NCBI GenBank assembly: GCA_031431875.1
Contig: JANPEF010000021.1
Span: forward strand, 1 to 18,318
Source: Candidatus Eiseniibacteriota bacterium
Lineage (GTDB): Bacteria; Eisenbacteria; RBG-16-71-46; DASYSL01
Length of the DNA: 18,318 nt
Reading direction: 5' to 3'
Position 1 is the stretch's first letter; the number at the start of each line of letters is the position of its first letter. The notes below the pieces were generated by a model. It had not been told where the DNA came from. It saw only the letters and a list, made by a program, of their open reading frames with translations, and made no database searches. Both the position numbers and the translations under genes were made by a program. Of this stretch, positions 14,067 through 18,318 are shown piece after piece.

Positions 14067-16423
14067 ACGTCGAACGCACACGCCGCAGCCGCCGCGACGA
14101 TCGGGGCGACCGCCCCGACCGCGCGCCGCGTGGCGCCAGCTCCGATCGCGGAGAGCGCGGCGAACGAAGCGAGCGCACCTCGCGCCGCGAGCCGCGCGCC
14201 GAAGGCAGGAGCGAGTTCCGCACCGACCGAGGCGATCGTGCTGACCGCGGCGAGCGCAGCGAGCGTGCACCGCGCAGCGAACGCTCCGAACGCTCCGATC
14301 GCGGTGCACGCAGCGATCGCAGCGAGCGTGGCGAGCGTCGCGACCGCGGGGACCGCGGCGGGCGTTCCGATCGTGGCGGACGCGGTTATCGCGGCGGCAG
14401 CCGCGGCGACCGCCCGGCCACTGCCAGCAGCGGCTCGCGTCGCCCCGAGGCGGCGGCTCGCCAGGGCGGCGGATTCTTCAGCGGGCTGATCGCCTCGATC
14501 AAGAGCTTCTTCACCTCGAAGCCGGTCGGCACACGCACCGGAATCGCCGACGAGGCCAAGGCGATCGAGGAGTTCCAGCGACACCTGGGCATCACGTTCA
14601 ACGACACGGAGCTCCTGAAAACGTCGCTCACCCACCGGTCGTTCCTGCACATCGCCCGCGGCACGTCGAAGCAGTCGAACGAGCGGCTCGAGTTCCTGGG
14701 CGACTCGGTCCTCGGCGTCATCGTGTCCGAGCAGCTGTTCAAGAAGTTCCCCGACGAGCACGAGGGCCAGCTCACCAAGACCAAGTCGCTGCTGGTGAGC
14801 AAGGCGATCCTGTCGCGGCGGGCGCTGGCCATGGGCCTGGGCCGCTTCATGCTGATGTCGAACTCCGAGGTGGACTCCGGCGGACGGCAGCGCTTGTCGA
14901 TCCTCGCCGACGCGTTCGAGTCGGTTCTCGGCGCCATCTACCTCGACCAGGGACTCGATGCGGCGCGGACGTTCGTCGACACGTGGCTCCTGTCCGAGGC
15001 CAAGGGCATCGTCCAGGACAAGCGGCACACCAACTACAAGAGCCTGCTGCAGGAGTACGTGCAGAGCGCGTTCCACACCCACCCCGTGTACCGGATCCGC
15101 CACGAGCACGGTCCCGACCATTCGAAGCTGTTCACGGTCGAGGTCATGGTCAGCGGCAAGAACCTGGGCTCGGGCAAGGGCAAGAACAAGAAAGAGGCCG
15201 AGCAGTCGGCGGCGCGGGACGCACTCGACCGCGTGGCCGCCGAGTCCGGCGAGAAGCGTGCCGAGCGCAGCGAGCGGCCGGAGCGGGCCGAGCGCGCGGA
15301 GCGTGGGGATCGTCCGGAGCGTGCGGAACGTCCGGAGCGTAGCGACCGGCCGGAACGCAGCGAGCGAGGAGATCGTCCCCTGCGGGCCGATCGTGCAGAT
15401 CGTCCGGAGCGCGCCGACCGTCCGGAGCGCGCGGATCGCGAGGAGCGTCCGGACCGCGAAGAGCGTCCGGATCGTGGAGAGCGTGGCGAGCGCGGGGTCC
15501 GACGTGGTCGTGGCGATCGTCCGGAGCGCACACCGCGCGGGCTCGAGGCCGAGCCGATCGTCGCCGAGGATCTTGATTACCTCGTCGAGCGTCCGGCGCG
15601 CGTACCCCGCGAGGACCGGGCGCCCCGCGAGGAGCGAGCGCCGCGGATGGAACGTGCGATGCGCGAGGACCGCCCGCTGCGCGAGCCGCGTGAAGAGCGT
15701 GCGCCGCGCGAGATGGACGAGCCGCTGGGCGAGCGGGCGGAACGACCGGAGCGCGAGGCGCGTCCCGAGCGCGATCGCCCGGAGCGTCCGGATCGGGGCC
15801 GCGATCGCGGACCGCGTCCGGATCGCGAGCCGCGTGCGGAACGCGAGGCCCGTCCGGAGCGCGAAGCGCGTCCCGACCGCGAGCCGCGCGAAGAGCGTGC
15901 GCCACGCGAGGAGCGTCCGCCACGCGAACCACGTGAAGAGCGTGCGCCGCGTCCGGAACGCGAACCGCGTCCGGCCGTCGAGCGCCCGGCATTCGGTTCG
16001 GCGCCGCGTCGCAGTGACGAAGTTTTGGCAGCGCCGCGTCCGGCGGCGGCCTCGATCGACCTCTCGGGCGCGAGCCTGCAGTGGGAGACCGAGCCCTCGC
16101 GGCCGGCCGCGCGCGAAAGCAAGAGCTTCGGCCGGAGTGCGCCGGTCAAGTCGCGCACCGGTGGCGTCGCTCCGCCGCAGTCGGATCCGTCGCGCGTGCG
16201 CAGCGTCAGCGAGTCGCCGGCGTCCGCGCCGGTCGCCCCGTCGGCCTCGACCGTGACCCAGTCGTCCACGACGACGTACAAGGTCGATGCGCAGGTGCGC
16301 GAGGTGAAGGGCCCGTTGCCGGGCGTCGACGCGTCGCGCTACCGCGCCGCCGAAGCGCCGGCATCGGCCTTCTCCAGCGACACGCCGACGGCGTGGGACG
16401 AAGAGCCGAAGGAACACGAATGA
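14063..16423 (+). CDS. rnc: ribonuclease III with very long N- and C-terminal low-complexity extensions (786 aa from the proposed CTG start; 828 aa from ATG 13937)
   Basis: LTHRS, signature NERLEFLGDSVL (E at 14681), ADAFESVLGAIYLDQG, and dsRBD NYKSLLQE...GPDHSKLFTVEV...GKGKNKKEAEQSAARDAL. Follows fabF as is common for rnc. The start position is uncertain. Confidence 0.93.
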   Translation: MNVERTRRSRRDDRGDRPDRAPRGASSDRGERGERSERTSRREPRAEGRSEFRTDRGDRADRGERSERAPRSERSERSDRGARSDRSERGERRDRGDRGGRSDRGGRGYRGGSRGDRPATASSGSRRPEAAARQGGGFFSGLIASIKSFFTSKPVGTRTGIADEAKAIEEFQRHLGITFNDTELLKTSLTHRSFLHIARGTSKQSNERLEFLGDSVLGVIVSEQLFKKFPDEHEGQLTKTKSLLVSKAILSRRALAMGLGRFMLMSNSEVDSGGRQRLSILADAFESVLGAIYLDQGLDAARTFVDTWLLSEAKGIVQDKRHTNYKSLLQEYVQSAFHTHPVYRIRHEHGPDHSKLFTVEVMVSGKNLGSGKGKNKKEAEQSAARDALDRVAAESGEKRAERSERPERAERAERGDRPERAERPERSDRPERSERGDRPLRADRADRPERADRPERADREERPDREERPDRGERGERGVRRGRGDRPERTPRGLEAEPIVAEDLDYLVERPARVPREDRAPREERAPRMERAMREDRPLREPREERAPREMDEPLGERAERPEREARPERDRPERPDRGRDRGPRPDREPRAEREARPEREARPDREPREERAPREERPPREPREERAPRPEREPRPAVERPAFGSAPRRSDEVLAAPRPAAASIDLSGASLQWETEPSRPAARESKSFGRSAPVKSRTGGVAPPQSDPSRVRSVSESPASAPVAPSASTVTQSSTTTYKVDAQVREVKGPLPGVDASRYRAAEAPASAFSSDTPTAWDEEPKEHE
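14075..14461 (+). repeat. coding low-complexity (D/E)R(G/S/A/P) tripeptide repeats and RGG-like tract, N-terminal to the RNase III domain
   Basis: Translation DRGDRPDRAPR...ERSERSDRGARSDRSERGERRDRGDRGGRSDRGGRGYRGG. Degenerate 9-nt periodicity. Confidence 0.85.
15242..15985 (+). repeat. coding low-complexity (E/D)R(P/A) and PREERAPRE repeats, C-terminal to the dsRBD
   Basis: ERAERSERPERAERAERGDRPERAERPER...DREPRAEREARPEREARPDREPREERAPREERPPREPREERAPRPEREPR. Confidence 0.88.
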
Positions 16424-18057
16424 TCCGCGCCCGGCAGTCGCGTTCGCTGCTTCTCGCCGCCCTCGTCTTCGTCGCGCTGCCGGTCCTGTCCGGTTGCGCG
16501 AAGAAGCAGGCGGCCCCGGGCGGAGGCGGCGGTTCGGGTACGCCCGTCGCGGGCGGTGAGCTGGTGTTCGGGCGAGGCCACGATTCCGTGCGCCTCGACC
16601 CCGGGCACGAGACCGACGGCGAGTCGTTCAAGGTGATCGATAACCTCTACGAGAACCTGGTCACCTACGCCGACACTACGACCGAGATCGTCCCCGAGCT
16701 CGCCACTCGCTGGGAGATCTCGGAGGACGGGCTGCACTACACGTTCCACCTGCGACCGGGCGTGAAGTTCCACGACGGCACGTCGCTCGACGCCGCTGCG
16801 GTGCTGTTCTCGCTCGATCGCCAGCGCGCCATGACGCCGCCGCACCCGTTCCATTCAGTTGGCGGGCCGTACACCTACTGGCAGAGCATGGGCATGGACG
16901 ACATCCTCGCCGACCTCAAGGCGCCGGACGAGTCGACGGTCGTGTTCACGCTGGCGCGGCGCAACGCGCCGTTCCTCGCCAACCTGGCCATGGGCTTCGC
17001 GGCCATCGTGAGCCCCACGGCGGCTCAGAAGCACGGCGAGGACTTCTTCAAGTTCCCCACGGGCACCGGGCCGTTCCGCTTCGTCGAGTGGGTGAAGGAC
17101 GATCGCATCGTGCTCGAGCGCAACCCCGACTACTGGGGTGCCAAGCCTTATCTCGACAAGGTCGTGTTCCGCTCGATCCCCGAGAATACCGTGCGCCTGC
17201 TCGCGCTCGAGAGCGGCGAGATCGCCGGCATGGACGGCATCAACGCCGAGCTGGCCAAGCGCCTCGAGACCAACGCCGGCTTCACGCTCCTGAAGCAGCC
17301 GGGCATGAATGTCGGCTACCTGGCGATGAACATGGACAAGCCGCCGTTCGACAAGCTCGAGGTGCGCCAGGCGCTCAATTACGCGGTGCAGCGCGAGGCG
17401 ATCGTCAAGGGGCTGTACGGCGGCTACGGCACGCCGGCGGTCAACCCGATGCCGCCGACGCTGTGGGGCTACAACCATTCGATCGTCGGCTACGCCTACG
17501 ACGTGGCGAAGGCGAAGGAGTTGCTCGCGGCCGCCGGATTCCCGAACGGCTTCAAGACCGAGCTGTGGGCCATGACCGGGCCGCGCCCGTACATGCCCGA
17601 TCCGCTCAAGGTCGCCGAGGCGATCCAGTCCGACCTCACGGCGGTGGGCGTCGACGCCACGCTCAAGACGCTCGAGTGGGGGACCTACCTCGACCAGGTG
17701 CAGGGTGGCAAGGCGCCGATGTGCCTGCTGGGCTGGACCGGCGACAACGGCGATCCCGACAACTTCCTCTACGTGCTGCTGGGCAAGTCCTCGACGCGCC
17801 TCCCGGCGCAGAACGTCGCGTTCTACCGCAGCGACGAGGTCGACGCGCTCCTGCGCAAGGCGCAGGAAGAGCCGGACGTCGTGAAGCGCACCGCGCTCTA
17901 TGAAGAGGCGCAGGCGCTCATCCACCGCGACGCCCCGTGGGTGCCCATCGCGCACATGACGCAGCTCGTCGGCTTCCGCCGCAACGTGCACGGCTACCCC
18001 ATGCACCCGACCGGCAAGGTCCGCTTCCGCTCCGTCTGGATCGAGCCGGGCGCCTAG
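16420..18057 (+). CDS. dppA: peptide/nickel ABC transporter substrate-binding lipoprotein (family 5, DppA-like), 545 aa
   Basis: Signal peptide with lipobox LSGC, PELATRWEISEDGLHYTFHLRPGVKFHDG, PTGTGPFRF, RPYMPDP and GWTGDNGDPDNF. ATGA overlap with the rnc stop. Confidence 0.92.
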   Translation: MIRARQSRSLLLAALVFVALPVLSGCAKKQAAPGGGGGSGTPVAGGELVFGRGHDSVRLDPGHETDGESFKVIDNLYENLVTYADTTTEIVPELATRWEISEDGLHYTFHLRPGVKFHDGTSLDAAAVLFSLDRQRAMTPPHPFHSVGGPYTYWQSMGMDDILADLKAPDESTVVFTLARRNAPFLANLAMGFAAIVSPTAAQKHGEDFFKFPTGTGPFRFVEWVKDDRIVLERNPDYWGAKPYLDKVVFRSIPENTVRLLALESGEIAGMDGINAELAKRLETNAGFTLLKQPGMNVGYLAMNMDKPPFDKLEVRQALNYAVQREAIVKGLYGGYGTPAVNPMPPTLWGYNHSIVGYAYDVAKAKELLAAAGFPNGFKTELWAMTGPRPYMPDPLKVAEAIQSDLTAVGVDATLKTLEWGTYLDQVQGGKAPMCLLGWTGDNGDPDNFLYVLLGKSSTRLPAQNVAFYRSDEVDALLRKAQEEPDVVKRTALYEEAQALIHRDAPWVPIAHMTQLVGFRRNVHGYPMHPTGKVRFRSVWIEPGA

Positions 18058-18069
18058 GCGCCCGGTTTT
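18046..18069 (+). terminator. intrinsic-terminator-like hairpin between dppA and dppB
   Basis: Perfect 20-bp palindrome CCGGGCGCCTAGGCGCCCGG (18046-18065) containing the dppA stop, followed by TTTT. Confidence 0.6.
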
Positions 18070-18075
18070 CCCTCC

Positions 18076-18318
18076 GTGTTCACCTACGTCCTGCGGCGTC
18101 TCGCCCTGCTCGTCCCGACGCTGCTCGGGCTTTCCATTCTCACGTTCTCGCTCGTTCACCTCGTGCCCGGCGATCCTGCCGCGGTCATGCTGGGCGAGCG
18201 CGCCACGCCCGAGGCGCTGACCGCACTGCGCGCCGAGCTGGGCCTCGATCGTCCGCTGCCCGAGCAGTATGGCCGCTTCCTCAGGGGATTGCTGTCGGGT
18301 GACCTGGGCCGCTCCCTG
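18076..18318 (+). CDS. dppB: peptide ABC transporter permease (DppB/OppB-like), 5' portion only
   Basis: Not in the supplied ORF track. Read by hand from GTG 18076: MFTYVLRRLALLVPTLLGLSILTFSLVHLVPGDPAAVMLGERATPEAL...LGLDRPLPEQY...GDLGRSL, open to the window end. Confidence 0.92.
   Translation, partial: MFTYVLRRLALLVPTLLGLSILTFSLVHLVPGDPAAVMLGERATPEALTALRAELGLDRPLPEQYGRFLRGLLSGDLGRSL

Noticed and set aside
14075..15985. Repetitive DNA considered as a CRISPR array or VNTR
   Set aside because: There is no constant repeat with unique spacers. The repeats are degenerate, codon-phased and inside an ORF, and no cas genes are present.
15034..16281. Minus-strand ORFs rich in RS/RSGR dipeptides resembling eukaryotic SR proteins (15034-15531, 15577-16281) and the 818-aa antisense ORF 13961-16417
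   Set aside because: These are antisense shadows of the ER/DR repeats in rnc. Stop codons are rare at this GC content, and there is no domain or RBS support.

Overview
High-GC bacterial chromosomal window (roughly 70% GC by eye). The first 4.8 kb is an accessory patch: two gamma-glutamylcyclotransferase paralogues flanking a RidA-family gene, a PAT/MnaT-like GNAT, a TPR protein, a beta-carbonic anhydrase, an HdeD-family membrane protein and an internally deleted DinB-family gene. A near-consensus sigma70 promoter then precedes a long, tightly coupled housekeeping run: sucC-sucD-ndk-yceD-rpmF-plsX-fabH-fabD-fabG-acpP-fabF-rnc-dppA-dppB (dppB partial). The most unusual element is an RNase III of about 790 aa. 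Its roughly 230-aa core is flanked by long Arg/Glu/Asp mixed-charge disordered regions and preceded by an amphipathic helix resembling the RNase E membrane-targeting sequence, and the gene probably starts at a CTG overlapping the fabF stop. Also notable are a SucD with a roughly 110-aa histone H1-like Lys/Ala/Pro tail, a FabG with the catalytic YxxxK lysine replaced by Gln, and a GGCT paralogue lacking its catalytic Glu. No mobile element, CRISPR array or RNA gene was recognised.
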